Positions 23,972 through 37,093 of a DNA stretch of 64,000 nt are shown piece after piece. A program made the translations under genes and the position numbers. How positions within the stretch are numbered: the first letter of the stretch is position 1; the number at the start of each line of letters is the position of its first letter. This DNA comes from Vitrella brassicaformis CCMP3155 (Eukaryota; Protista; Chromerida): positions 189,004 through 253,003 of the forward strand of contig CDMY01000831.1 of assembly GCA_001179505.1 (NCBI GenBank), given 5' to 3'. The notes under the pieces were generated by a model. That model searched no databases and was not told the DNA's origin. It saw only the letters and a list, made by a program, of their open reading frames with translations.

Positions 23972-25671
23972 TCATGGCTGAGACGTATGGATGAATTGAG
24001 GGGCGGTTGCGGCCTTACTGACCGCAGAGCCGCCCCTCCTGCGCGACGTGGTCGACCTGCAGACACACACACACACACACACGGATGCACGCCGCTGTGT
24101 GTATGCCTCGGTGAGTGAGTGCAGGTGTTTTCTGTACTTGGTGATGATGTGTGTGAAGACGTCTTCGATGAGCTCAATGGGGTAGAAGGGCACCTCCTCC
24201 TCATAACGATTGCGATCCTGACCGATTTCCAATCAGTGGCTGCGGATGATGGCACCTGATGTGTGTGTTGCAATTGGTGTTTTGTGTGTTGCGAGTACCT
24301 TCTTGGCGTTGGATATGCCGAAGGTGACGTTGACCTTCCGCTTGCCCGATGACGACACGTGCCGATGCGTCACAGTCACCCAACCGTTCTTGGCCTGCAC
24401 ACACCACACACACAGAGACAGACACACACAGGTGAGAGCATGGATGTCCTATCTGTGTGTCGTCTCTCTCACCGCAGTCACTCTATGCTCCCTTGCCGCC
24501 ACGTGCTGTCCATAGAGGCCCGTGAGACCTCGTTCAGGGTCGAACTGAAGGATGGCCGTGCCGATGGCCTCGGCTGAGTCGCCCTCACGGCCATACACAG
24601 ACGCATTTCGACCAGAAGACGCTGAACACAAACACACCCACACATCCATCAGCCAGCACACACATCAGTGTGCCTGGCTCGTGCCGGCTCACGTGGCGGC
24701 TCGGGCGCCTTTCTTCTCCTGCCGATGTGGTCCTCGGGGTCGTCCTCGCCCTCCCACTCGCCGCCCTCACCCTCAGGAGGCTCGTCGCTGTCCTCATCCT
24801 CATCGCTCTCACGCCTCTTCCTCGGCTTGCTCTTCCTGGGGGACTTGTGCTTCGGCTGAGCATCGCCATCGCCCGGTGGTGCGGCAGTCTTTCTCTTGAC
24901 GGGTGTGCTGGCCTTGCGTTTGGTCTTTCCTCCTCCTGTCGCTGACGCTGCTGCCTCCTGGATGGCGGCGAAGGGAGCGGGGCCGGGGGGCGGCAGGGGC
25001 AGCTCCTGGTCGGCCTGGGCTTGCTGCTGGGCGGAGAGCTTCTCCTTTTTGTCACGCTCTATCTCGGCCAAGATGCGGTCTTTCTCGGCCTTGCGGACAC
25101 TCGATTGCAGCGGCGCTTGGCTCTTTCGCTGGTCCTTTTGGACAGCGGCGGCGGACGCATTGAGGTGCTCAGTCACAGCCGCCAGAGTGCTGCAGAACCA
25201 CACACACACATGCAATCAGCCAGACAGCAGCACTTCTGTCCGTGTCTGGGAAAGCAGCACCTCTGCAGTTTGTCATCCTTGGCCGGTGGGTATCTGAATA
25301 TGTCGCCACTCTGACACGAACAACACAACACACCAACCATGCCATGAGAGGCAGATCAGATCTCACGGTTTGGCTGTGATTCGATTCCCATACCTCTGTG
25401 AAGCCACATGCTGCCAGGAGGGCAGTGGAGTGGTCGCCGCCTGCATCCAGCAGCTGCAAGAGAGAGAAACAAGCGTCCTGTCCTGTGTGTGTCGTGTGTG
25501 TGTCGTGTGTGTCAGTGCCTGGGTTGCTTACCTTTTCCTTGATGGCTTGGTTGCTCTTCTTGACCACTCTGTATTTGTTACGCTCCTCAGATGGACACGT
25601 CGCCAGACTGATGAACGGACAGACAGGCAGACAGACAGACAGGCCGATGACACACCACCACATCTCTCTCG

Positions 25672-25703
<32 letters not shown>

Positions 25704-25921
25704 ATGTGTGTGTGTGGTTGGCAGCCTACTTGTTGACCAGCTTGTGCAGGATCTTGAGGGCGCCTTCACGCTTGCTGGCCTGCAGACAAACAACACAACT
25801 CGAATGAAATGGTCGTGAATGAGGTTTCATTGCGCTGTACCTCAACGTGCGTGTCGAATGCCGTCAGAGCCGCTGTGAGATCTCCACCGACTCCCTCACC
25901 CTCAGCCGCTGCTGCAGCCAT
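23972..25921 (-). CDS. PUB-domain protein (p97/Cdc48 cofactor-type) with K/R/acidic low-complexity middle; 3' end uncertain
   Basis: Spliced N-terminus MAAAAAEGEG..|ASKREGALKILHKLVNN|ISLATCPSEERNKYRVVKKSNQAIKEK|LLQLLDAGGDHSTALLAACGFTE matches the PUB consensus (K-I-x-x-N, K-Y-R, N, GF). Confidence 0.65.
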
Positions 25922-26203
25922 CTCAGTCACGCCAATGATCGAAGGACGCTGTCGATGGGTGGACGCTTCACCAGGGTACTGTTGCGACCATCAGCTGACT
26001 CATTGCCGAGCGAAACAGCAGCACAAACAACCGAAAAAGTCGCGTCAGCTCGCAGCAGACAACGCGATCGGTCTGGCGCTCTCCTCCAAATCTTGCTCCA
26101 AATCATGAGCCGGACGCCATCTCCCTTCCATCCGATGGTCTTGTCGACCAACGTGGCTACAGTGATTTCCCTCAGCTGATCCCGTGTGTTGTGATCGGGT
26201 CTC

Positions 26204-29200
26204 TTGATGCTGTCGGCCGTGCTCTTTGCGCTGGCCCTTACCGCCACCCCGAGCGGCTCATTTCCTGCGGCTGACTTTGACGAAGCGGACGATGGATTCA
26301 TTGATGAGGAGGAGGATGGCGCCGACGAGCCGGCCCGTGTGCTGGAGGTGACCATGTCCTCTGAGGGGGCGCTCAGTATGTTGCGGGCCATCAGAGAGAA
26401 CATTGCAGACAGCACACAGCCGGAGGAGGAGGCTCCACAATACGGTGGAGATCTTACTCGTCTGCTACAGACGCCAAACTTGACAGCGAACGTGGAACGG
26501 GAAGCGGTCGACCTGCCAGTGCATATCGTAAGAGTAGGTGATCGGGTTGACGAAGCTGTGCTGGCAACTTTCGTGCAGCTGCTGGACCGTCACGACGATA
26601 GCGTCTTTAGAGCGGCGACCTCCATGCTGGCCGGGATTCCCATTGCTGCATCTGAAGGGTCCGTGGGGGAAATTCATCGGGTAGTGGCCGCTGTTCTATT
26701 CGAGCAGCAGGCGGTGTCAAAGCTATCGCGCTTGCTTTTGTCGCCATACGGCCCTGCAAGCAGTGATGCCATGTATGTCGCCCTGCTCGCCCTACATCAG
26801 ATAGCACGTGAGTCGGATGCAGCTGCACAAAGGCACCTCACTTGTCTGTCACTTGCCTGTTTGTGTGCATCAGGCGAAATTCCCGAGACGATTGCCATCA
26901 GTATGAGACAGATCATGGATCGTGACGTCGTTCCGAATTTGAGGACGGTTTACCAAAGCCAAAGCGGGACAAATAATGTGTCCACTAGCGGTGATATGTC
27001 AACAACAATGGCCACCTTGCTATTGTCGTGTAGCCTTGCGCTGAGTTTCGGACGAAAACTGGACAACGAAATGGCGGTGAGCGTCGGTATCTCTATGTTT
27101 ATCTCTCTGTCTGTCTGTCTGTCCGTCTGTGTGTGTGTGTGTCTGTCTGTCTGCCTGTCTGTGTTGTGCAGGTTCGCTATGCAGTCGAGCACGGGTGTTT
27201 CGACGCAGCATGCGATGTGGTCGAGCACAAAACGGTCAGGAAAACGGCGGCGTACTCCACCCTTGTGATGTCCTTAGAAGCGGAAGCACTGCTTGAATTG
27301 AAGTTGCTATCAGGCGGGTACGTTACGCATGAAGCCTTTGTAATGGTCACGATCACGGTGTCATGTTTGCAATCCATCAGGGCAAGTGAGGCATTCAGGA
27401 GGCGAGTCGCCAAGATCATCATGGGCAGGGTCTGGAACGCTTCGCATGACGCGTGACCGAGCTCATCGCTTGTTTTGTGGCTTCAGAGCAGCTGCAAGCG
27501 TGCCATCGAGAAGCGCGCCAGCGGCTCCGGGGATGGTGCCAGAAAAGCCAAGGCCATCGCGAGTTGGGTGCGCATGTATGAGGTCACTGGACTGTATCGG
27601 CTGCCAAGACGCGATGATCTGGTGCGACACAAGAGGACAAAGAGCACCTGAAAGTACTGTTTCTCTCTCTCCTTGGCAGGTGTCCTCTCCTTGGGCACTC
27701 TCGGCCGCTGTTGCCCTCTTCGCTGTCCTGCTCGGCCTGTCAGCACTGTGGCGCTTTGTTGTCCGTCCGGGGCAACAGCGTCGGCAGCAGCGTCTGGCCG
27801 AGGACGCAGCGGCACGGCTGATAGCTGAGGAGGAAGCAAAGAGGAGCAGAGGGCAGGGGAGGGGCCGCAGAGGTCATGCCAGGCAGCCCAATGCTGCTTC
27901 TGCCGCCCGTCGGCCGACGGCTCAGCCATTCTTCGCTGCTGCTGCCCATGACAGTGGGATCGCGTCTGCCACCACCACGTCCACTAGCAGCCACAGTGGC
28001 TGCCTGACACCCACTGCGGCAGCAAGCAGCGGTGGCTTTCAGCCAGCCTCCGTGTCTGGGGGTGGATCAGCTGATCAGCAGCAGCAAGAGCATCAGGTGG
28101 AGGCGATGGCAGATAGTGGCGGCCAGTGGACTCAGACCGCAGCGCGACACCGAAAGAAAAAGGGCAGAAGGGCCGGGTCGGGCTCGGCGGCCGATGGGTC
28201 AGCTTCACAACAGCTGGCTGGACAAGCGAGCACCTCTGTGTCTGCGAGTCCATCTGGGGAGACGGCGCCCCCACAGCCGCTGCCAAGCACCGCCGGCAGC
28301 ATCTCTGGCGGCACACGTGGCTATGCTGTGACTGGTGGGATGGCCCATCGCCCGCAGCGTCGCCCCTTTCGCCCCGGCGCCCCCCCTCTGGTGACCCCAC
28401 CCCTCAAGCAGCACTCGTCGTCATCGACAGAGAGCAGAGGCGCAGCACCGGCTGCTGCTGATGGATGCTTTCGTGTTGGGGGTCACGAAGGCGCGGATTT
28501 TGCGGGCGAGTTGAGCAGCGGCACCACCGCCGTGACATTGTCATCACCGCCCAGCAGTCCTTCTGATGACCCTGAGTGGGTGAGGGGCATGGAGGCTGCT
28601 TGGTCTGAGTGGGACACGGGGCGGGGTGACGGCCATCACAGCCACGACCCGCCGGAGCAGCAAAGGAGAGCAGAGGCCGCGGCTGCCGATGACGCCCACA
28701 GCGTCGATCCCGCACGCGCCATGGCCTTAGAGCAGAAGCAGCAGGCCGTCGACAGACTGCAGGAGTGAGCCGGAAAGGCGATGAATGGGCGGCACTCTCA
28801 CTGCAGAACCACGTGTGTGTCTTGGCATGGGTGTGCAGGCTGCGTTGTGAGTTGGACGGCAAGTTGGCGGCCATCGCCTCGTTCGAGCAGCGCAAAGCCA
28901 AACTGATACGCGACAAGGAAACCGCAATGCGCAACGCACCCAAGTGAGACGAACCGCACACACAGAGAGGGCGGGGACCTTGATGCACCTCGTGTCGTGT
29001 GTCTTATGTGTGTTAGGTCTGTTGACGAGTTGGATGAGGTGGTTCGTGCGGGCGGCGTTGAGGGCATCCGGCAGTTTTCCGCTGAGGTCGAGGCCGAGAA
29101 AGCCGCACTGCAGCCCATCTACGACGCCGCACTCGCCAAGATCCAACAGCTCAGCAGCGGATCGACAGCAGTGGAAGTGCCACACAGAGAGAGGGAGCAG

Positions 29201-29975
29201 GACACCGCCACTGAGGGGGCAGCAGCGGCATCGGGGTCTTCCTCGGCTGATGCGGGTGGCCTCTGTGGGCCGCTGGAGGGGGGCAGCTCGTCGGGTGCTC
29301 GTGTAGATGATGACATTGGTGGTTTGGGGCTTGACGAACAGCTGGCGATGCTCACGCAGCGCATCTCAGAGTGAGCACAGAGACAGCGGGGATTCCCACA
29401 CCGCCATGCGTGTGACTCCGTCTGTGTGTGTGTGGCATTCAGGGTCGAGCAGCAGCTGGGCAGCGGTGAGCTGGATCGTCGGCTGAGGTGCCTCTCGCAT
29501 GAGGTGGGGAAGCTCCAGTCGCGTGTCGACGCCATCAAGATGGACACTCATAACAAGTATGAAACAAGTACACACACATCGGCTGTCTATCTGTTTGTCT
29601 GTCCACTGTCTGTCTCTGTGCAGGCATTCGATGGCTTGCCTCTCGTCCATCCACACGGTGGCCGAGGCGACGGCCTTCCTCGCCCGCGTCATGGGCCGCA
29701 TTCAGCAGCTCGACGGGCTCGTCATTCGGGCGCACCAGGAGGAGAATCGGCAGCTGCAGCGGCGCATCGACGACAGGGAGGATGACGAGTCGTGTGCGGT
29801 GTGCCACGACGGGCGGCGGACGGTGGTGCTCATCGGCAAGGCGCCGTCCGGCTGCCGCCACCGATGTCTGTGTGTCACCTGCTGGCACAAGAGCTATGCG
29901 CCGGGGCGGGGCAGCACACAGTGCCCCATCTGCAGAAGCGACATCGACTACAGACAGTCGGGGCCCACCATTTAG
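26204..29975 (+). CDS. Family copy B: signal peptide - ARM-like - TM - tail - coiled coil - RING (most intact-looking member)
   Basis: MMLSAVLFALALTATPSGS; acidic linker; VRYAVEHGCFDAAC; TM WALSAAVALFAVLLGLSALWRFVV; coiled-coil exons; RING CAVC..CRH.CLCVTC..CPIC..SGPTI*. Confidence 0.8.
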
Positions 29976-30425
29976 ACGATTTGTGGGGTGTACAGCTGGT
30001 GGGTTCATGTTAGTCTGTCGGGTGGAGGAGAGCTGCTGTAAGGGCGTTGCAGAATGGGATGCAGCCCCATTCACTCGAGGCGATGCTGACTGCACGTGTG
30101 TGAGGGTGGGATGATTAGTGTATTTGTGTAGTTCATGACGCTGCATGATCTGTTCTCCTTTTCGGCTGCTATGCAGCGGTTGGATGCATGACGCGATTGA
30201 AATATTGGGAGGCAAGGGCACGGTCCTTCTGAGGGCAATGGTGTCCTGTCTGTCACTTCCTCACTGTAGATGAATCGCACTCCGGCCATCCATCCATCCA
30301 TCCATCCATCCATCCGTTCTTGCCATGTCGTTGTTTGACATCTGAGGACGGGAGCTGCGATTGAGACTGGCACGTTCGACCGGTGTGCGGGACGTGATGA
30401 AATAAAGCGACAAAAGCCATCAGAA

Positions 30426-33400
30426 ATGAAAACAGAAGTCCTGCCTGCCTTGATGTTGGCGGCTGCGCTCGTCGTCACGCTGGCCTCCTTGTCGCCAGCC
30501 GTGAGCGGCGATCTTCATAGGGATGAGGTGCACGGTCTCATGAAGCAGCTGCGTGAGGTCATCGCCGACAGCACACGGCCGGACCACATTGCTGCAGGCG
30601 TTGCGGAGCGCTCCGGGGCGGCCGTCGGCGCTCTGCTGGGAGGAGCATTTGAGACGGCTCTGCAGCTGGAGGCATCAAGGCTGCTGACGTCAATCGGGAA
30701 GGCCGGCACCCAGGCCGTTGGGGCCCTCATACGGTAGTGTTGACACAGAGATATAAAGAGAGGCATTCTGGGTGTGTCTGTGTCAGGGTGGGTGTCATCT
30801 CTTCTCTTGTGAGGGCCATCAAGCGTGCTGTAGACCTCCCAGACGAAGAGCTTGCCTCAGCCATCGTCATGCCCTTGCACCAGGTTGTGCTCGTGGCCGA
30901 TGAGAATGGCTTACCGTGGAAGGATGAGCTGTTCGAGGCCGACGGGCTGCCTCCGCTCGTTCGGCTGCTGGACCACCAGCACGAGGAGGTCAAGAGAGCC
31001 GCAACCACCATCATCAGGAAGCTCCAATTCGCTCTGTGTGTGGCTCCAAGACCTGCGTGTGTTGATGTGGCCTACACCTTGTTCGAGCATGGGGCGCTCA
31101 AGAAGCTCTCGGCATTGCTGTTACGGCCCGATGTCGAGATGCGTCACAATGCCGTTGTCATTGTAGAACACATCTTGATGCCCATACTTGATGACCTTCG
31201 TAAGATGGAACACCCACACCAACCACTGCAGGGCACCACAACCCTCTCTTTGTTTGTGTATTTGTTTGTTTGGTCCAACTGTGTGTGATCGATATATCAG
31301 CCGAGCGGCCTGGGCTGCAGCAAGCCGTGATTGAGACCATCATCGATTCTGAAGTGTTGCCCAAGCTGGCAGTCGCCGCATCAGGCAGCCATGTTGGCCG
31401 AGGAAGCCATGCAGCTGCCTACATCCTGCCGTATCATCGTGTGTGTAACCTGCTGATACACAGGGGGAATGACACCCAGGTGAGGTGGCAAGGAAAGAGA
31501 CAACAGCTCTTCTTAATTTCTCTCAATCTTCCTCTGGATGTGTCTGTGTGTGCGTTGCGTTGGATGCAGCAAGTCTACGCAGCTGCTCACGGATGCATTG
31601 AAAAGGCGTGTGTCTTCCTGACGGCGCGTGTCAAGCAGATGCAGGCGCCGTTGTCGGACTGGGATTACTTTGACACTCTCCTGGTCGACTCCTTGGGGGG
31701 TGCCCTCAGGTCCACTCCTTCGCCTTGGGACACCTTCTACCAGAATTCGCTCAGTGGCAGTTTGAGGCAGCGAGCCACAGCCGCCATCCTTACGACGGTC
31801 TCACTGCACTGACCACACGAGGGGCAAAACACCCGAATCGCACGGATCGTCTGTCGTCTTGTGTATCTACCTGTCTGCAGCATGGTTGTGGGCAGTCGAT
31901 CAAGGAGCTCGTTGAGCACCCCACTGACGCCATCAGCATGAGAGCCAAAAGGGCCATGGAGCTATTGGAGGCAAACGTGGAGAGCATGGAGGACGACAGT
32001 GACGACAGTGACGACAGTGGCGACAGTGACGGCACGGACACGGATTCCCTCCTTGACGAGTCGGACGTCAGTATCCTCGATGAACCTGAGGGCCCCGTTC
32101 AGTTCACCGGGCGGGCAGCGGCATCCATCAAGATGTTGACCCTGCAACTGAGGAGCGACGACAAGCAGCAGCTACTGGGTGCGTTGGTGGGAGTGGTTGA
32201 GGGCACTTTCCGAAGCGAGCGTGCGACCACCAAGCAGCTGCTGGTCGCACAGTATGCCGATCAGCTTGGGGAATCTGTCCTGCGTGTCTTGTGCGAGACA
32301 GAGGACGATGACGTCCAGCGGGCAGCGGGCGAGGTCCTGGGCCTTTTTGCCGGGAGCGGCCCTCGGGTGGTCGATGTGTTCATCCGGTGAGTGAGTGAGT
32401 GAGTGAGTGAGTGCAGGGGGTGGGTACTGTACGCTGGGCGATCGATTGTGGGCTCGTCAATTGTCTCAGGTTTGGCGCGATCCCCTCTCTTGTCCAGGCT
32501 CTCAGACGCAGCACGGAGCTCTCAGGCAGACACGCAGCTGGTGCCCTCAGTCCCCTCAACATTTTACGCCCCCTGCAGCTCCTCTTGCGTGAGGCTGGTG
32601 CTCAGTCGACCAATCAGCTGATGGAGGCGGGCGGGCTGCCCCTCCTAGCCAAGCTGCTGGACCATAGTGACCTGACGGTGAAGGCAGCGGCCGTCCGCAT
32701 TCTCGCAGTGACCCCGGGCGGCCACCGAGTCTTGTCAACCCGAATTATCGGCATCGCTATCATCCTTGCCGCCTTAGTCATGCTGCCGCGTTTGTGGCGC
32801 TTCCTCTACGTCCACCTTTTGCGGCTGCGGCAGCACCGACGGGAGCAGCAAGCCGAGCGGCACCAGAGAGACCTGCTGGCTGACGAAGAGGCGGAGAAGA
32901 ACAGGGACAATGGCAGAGGCGGCAAGGGGCGACAACAGACCACCGTCCGCAGACGGCCCGTCGCTCAGCCTTCCTCTGGTAGTGATGACCAGGGTGGGCG
33001 GCTCTCCTGTACAACAGCCAGCAGCAGCGGCAGCAGCAGTGGCCGCCAGACACCCAGTGTGCTGCGAGAGGAATCGACCACCGTGGCTGAGATGGAGTCT
33101 GATGACGGCCAGTGGAAGGCGGTGACGCGCAATCGGTCGAACAGGACCAAGAGGGGCGGCAGCACTCAAGCGACTTCCTCTCACCAGACGCCAACCAGCG
33201 CAAGCAGTAGCCTGACGACGCCGTCCAGCAGCCCTGTGACGACGAACGGTGAGGGGCATCCGTCTGAAGGCGTCAGCAGTGCCACATCGTCGGCCGATCA
33301 GACGCCGCGCGACACTCTGCCGATAAGCGTCAGCATACCAAAGAGGCGGCGGGCGGCCGGGAGGGGCCTGGGGCTGACAACCATCGCACCACCGCCGCCA

Positions 33401-34182
33401 TCGATGGGTGCGGCCCCTCCGACTCCCTGGCTGCCGTCAGCAGAGGACATCAGCAGCTCGACGGCTCATCGGCCGCACCTTCCCCCGCCCCCGCCCCCGC
33501 CCCCCAGCCCTCCTGAGGTCTCGTGTGGTGCTGCCCTCAGCGATGTGTGGCCCTCATCGGGGAGTTCGGTGCGTGCTCAAGCTGGTCTGTCCCACAACAG
33601 GGGCCCCCCGCCTCTCGTCAAGTGCGGCCATGGCCATGGCAGCCAGCTGCAAGCAACGGCCGAGTACGAACGCACACAGACACAGGAAGGACACCTTTTC
33701 ATTTATTGTGTCGTTTCAGAGTGGGCCGATTTCGTGACGAGCAGCGCCAGACGAGTGACACGCCCCAGCAGCCCCACCGTCTCTCACCCTCGGCCAGCGC
33801 CAGCACCACCAGCACCACCAGCAGCAGTGCGGCGGCCCTCGAATTGCTCACCGAGGAGCCCAGGAGCCAAGACAGCACACCACAACAAGAGACAGCAGCG
33901 GAGCAGGCCATCAGAGACGGCACGTGTGTCGCCTGCCATGAGCCGGGTCCAACAGTGGTCTTTTTCCCCTGCAAGCAGCGGTGTCTGTGTGCCGCCTGCT
34001 GGGCCATCATGTCCCGCAACCACAAGCGGGCTAAAGGGGAGAGGGAGCGGCTGAGGGCTGAGGGAGTGCCGGACAAGGCGATGGATATGGCCGTGCAGAT
34101 CGATGCGGAGCTCAAGTGCCCGGCGTGTCTCACCAAGGCCGACTATGCCACCGATCTGAAGGGCATCAAAGTTACCACATGA
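30426..34182 (+). CDS. Family copy D: signal peptide - extended ARM-like ectodomain - TM - Pro-rich tail - variant RING
   Basis: MKTEVLPALMLAAALVVTLASLSPAVSG; ARM-like DGLPPLVRLLDHQHEEVKRAATTII and AGGLPLLAKLLDHSDLTVKAAAVRIL; (DDS)n linker; TM IIGIAIILAALVMLPRLWRFLYV; RING CVAC..PCKQ.CLCAAC..CPAC. Confidence 0.75.
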
Positions 34183-35495
34183 CGTAGGTGGGCGAGAGAG
34201 GAAGGGACGGCCGTGAGGTGGGTGACATCTATGTGAGAATGGGGGAAGGAATTAGGCCGTGAATACGTGTCTTTGGGAGGGATGGAGGGCGGGAGGGTGG
34301 CTGGTTTCGCGTATTTGTGTGAGTGCCCCTGTTTGTTCTATCTATCGTTCCCTGTCTCTTTCCTTGTTTATTTGTCCATTAGTTATATTTGTGTCTGTCC
34401 GCCATCCCATGAATGCAGCCACAGCTGAACAGCCGCATTTCCATATCTGTTCGTTCGAGGCCTTAGTGTGTCGTGTCTGTTGTCTGTGTGTGCGCCTTCA
34501 CACGAACCTTCCCCTCCGGTGTTTGTAGTGCGTGATCGATTGCCTGCCTATGCAGTCAGTGTGTTCATCGGTCGGGTCGGGTGGCGGTGCGAGTGCGCCG
34601 TAGACACAGCGATTGGTTTGGAAGCTACGCCCCTGTATGTCAATCTGTCAACACATACATGCCATCCCTTCTCAGGTCCGGCATCGCATCGCCGGATCAT
34701 GTGGATCAGCAGCGACACACGTCCCACATACACCATACCATAAACGAATCCAGCCAGCCAACCGGTACCAACCATCCAGCCGTTTGTCAGTCGCCATGAA
34801 GCAAGCCACTAGTGCGCAGACAGAGTGGCTGGCCACCATTCACTCGACTGACTGACTGACTGGCTGACATAGATGGAGAAAAAGAGCGCAACAGCGCGAC
34901 GCTCACAAGATCGAAGCCCAGATCGACCGACACTCAAAGCGACACACCACAGCTGTGGAACTCCCCCTCGCTGCGATAACGTACGTCTATCTATGAAGAT
35001 CGGATCACCCCACCCCAAGGAAGGTCTGTGTCAGTCTTCCTCTGCGGGGCCTGTCTGTCTCACAGCCATCAGCGATAATCAATCGGCAAGACACTCATAA
35101 AAACGTCCTGAAGGTATCAGCCACTCACACACAGTCCCGCATCCATCCAGCCATCCACGACTACAGAACCATAGACACACTCACTCACATATCCCCTTCT
35201 CCCTCTCTCTTACTGTCTGTGGCGCTCACAAATCAATAATGCGCCACTGCGTACACATGAATGTACGACTGTACGCATCTGTGAATGCGATTGTACGAAT
35301 GCAGATATGGACGCGATCGGTCATGTCGGTCGGTCAGTCGGTGGATCAGGAGGTGCGCATGAGGTATCTGAGGCTGCCACGGTCAGGCGAAAACCCTCGG
35401 GCAAGGTTGCCTGAACGAACGAACGAACAAAGGAATGCAACGCGACACGACGTACACGTGCGACAAACAGAGGGCGTGTCTTCTCTATCAAGTCG

Positions 35496-36937
35496 CTACT
35501 CACTTGCAGTTCTGGTGGCATCTCCCTTTACACCCACTCGTAGACCGCTATTCCATGCGCCACGGGCACCCGTCTGAGCGCCGCCCCGCTGCAGAGACCT
35601 GAACACACACCACACACAGACATAGGACAGGACCGACACACATGGCATACACTCACACGTGTGGAAGTGTGCTGTGTGTGTGCCTACCGTCTGAGGTCCT
35701 CTTCGGCGATTGTGTAGTACTCGATGGCATCTGGATTGGCGTCAGCCGCAGGGCCCTTGAAGACGGCAATGGGCCGATCCATGTCGTCGGAGACGAACAG
35801 GTTGGCGCCCTCGGCTATCAACACCAACCTGACAAGGCAGGCAGGCAGACAGAGCGGATGTTGTGTGTTTGTGGACGCTATGCTGTGTGTGTGATGTGTT
35901 GACTTGTCGCCGCCGACAAAGTCGACTTCCACCACGGGGGTGCCGTCACTGTCGTTGGTGAAACGCCTGCACACACACCACACACAGATGACATGTGATG
36001 TGCTGTGTGTGTGTATGGGTCTGTCTGTGGCGTGGGTGTATGGTATGCGCCACATGCCCCCTTCACCTGATGCTCTGGACGAGGTAGACGTTCTCCTGTG
36101 TGCGGGTGTTGTTCTCAGGGTCGATGGGATATGTCCACCGCAGGTATATCGTCTCGATCTGCACACACACACACACACACACACACACGGCCACTGTCGG
36201 TCGGACAGAGTCCCGACAGAGAGGCACGACTGTCGTGTACCTTGTCGACGTTGGTGAGGTTTGCCTCGAGGAGGCCGAAGATGCCCGTGGTGTCGAGGTA
36301 CTCGGCTGTCTTGACCACACGCTGGTTGTCACCACGGAGGATCGCCAGCTGGTTACACACACACAGGCAGGCAGGCAGGCAGACACATGCCGTGCCCATA
36401 GGTGACAGGACAGCCCGGCCCCGTCGTGTGGTGTCCAGGAGACGACTCACTCAGTCACTCACCTTGTCAGGTTTGAAGGTGTAGCCCTCGTCGATGGCCT
36501 GCTGAATGCGCGAATACAGGTCTGCACACAGACAGACCAGACCGAGATGCACACTCGTCCAGTCCACCGACACCCTCACAGGCCATTCATACATACCAGG
36601 GCATTCGTCCTCGACGTCGACTTGCAGGCGGCGCAGACTGTCATGGGCAGGCTGCAGACAGAGGGAGGATAGGACATATGCACACGCGCGCAAACACACG
36701 AATGTTTCACTTAGATCTGAGGGTCATGAGAGATCTCTCACCCGGCCCCGCACCTGTGCATCGCTGATCTTCCTCTCAATGCGGTCCAGTTTCACCAGCA
36801 GGAACACCAGCAGCAGAGCTGACACATGGCACACAGCACAGCAACACACACAGAATGAATGCCAGCCCATTGATGCCATGCCATGGATAATCTCAGGCAC
36901 CTATTGGGACGACAGCGAATATTGTGCTGCGGTCCAT
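35496..36937 (-). CDS. Hypothetical many-exon protein with N-terminal hydrophobic anchor (type II membrane or secreted)
   Basis: MDRSTIFAVVPI|..ALLLVFLLVKLDRIEEKISD followed by short GT-AG-bounded exons (IETIYLRWTYPIDPENNTRTQENVYLVQSIR; LVLIAEGANLFVSDDMDRPIAVFKGP). No domain recognised. Confidence 0.45.
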
Positions 36938-37093
36938 GGCGGGCGGCTGTCGAGTCGACTTGTGTGTGGGGAATGACTGAAGGATAGACGGTTCTGCAAG
37001 GATAATCCTTCCCCACCAGCGAGCTTTTGACGGATCGCCTGAGATGACAAGATGGTCAAAAGAATAGAGTAAGGACAGGTGATGCGTAGCGCG

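Noticed and set aside
34200-35480. Short ORFs in the region between copy D and the next gene
   Set aside because: Low-complexity, microsatellite-rich intergenic or UTR sequence without coding features.
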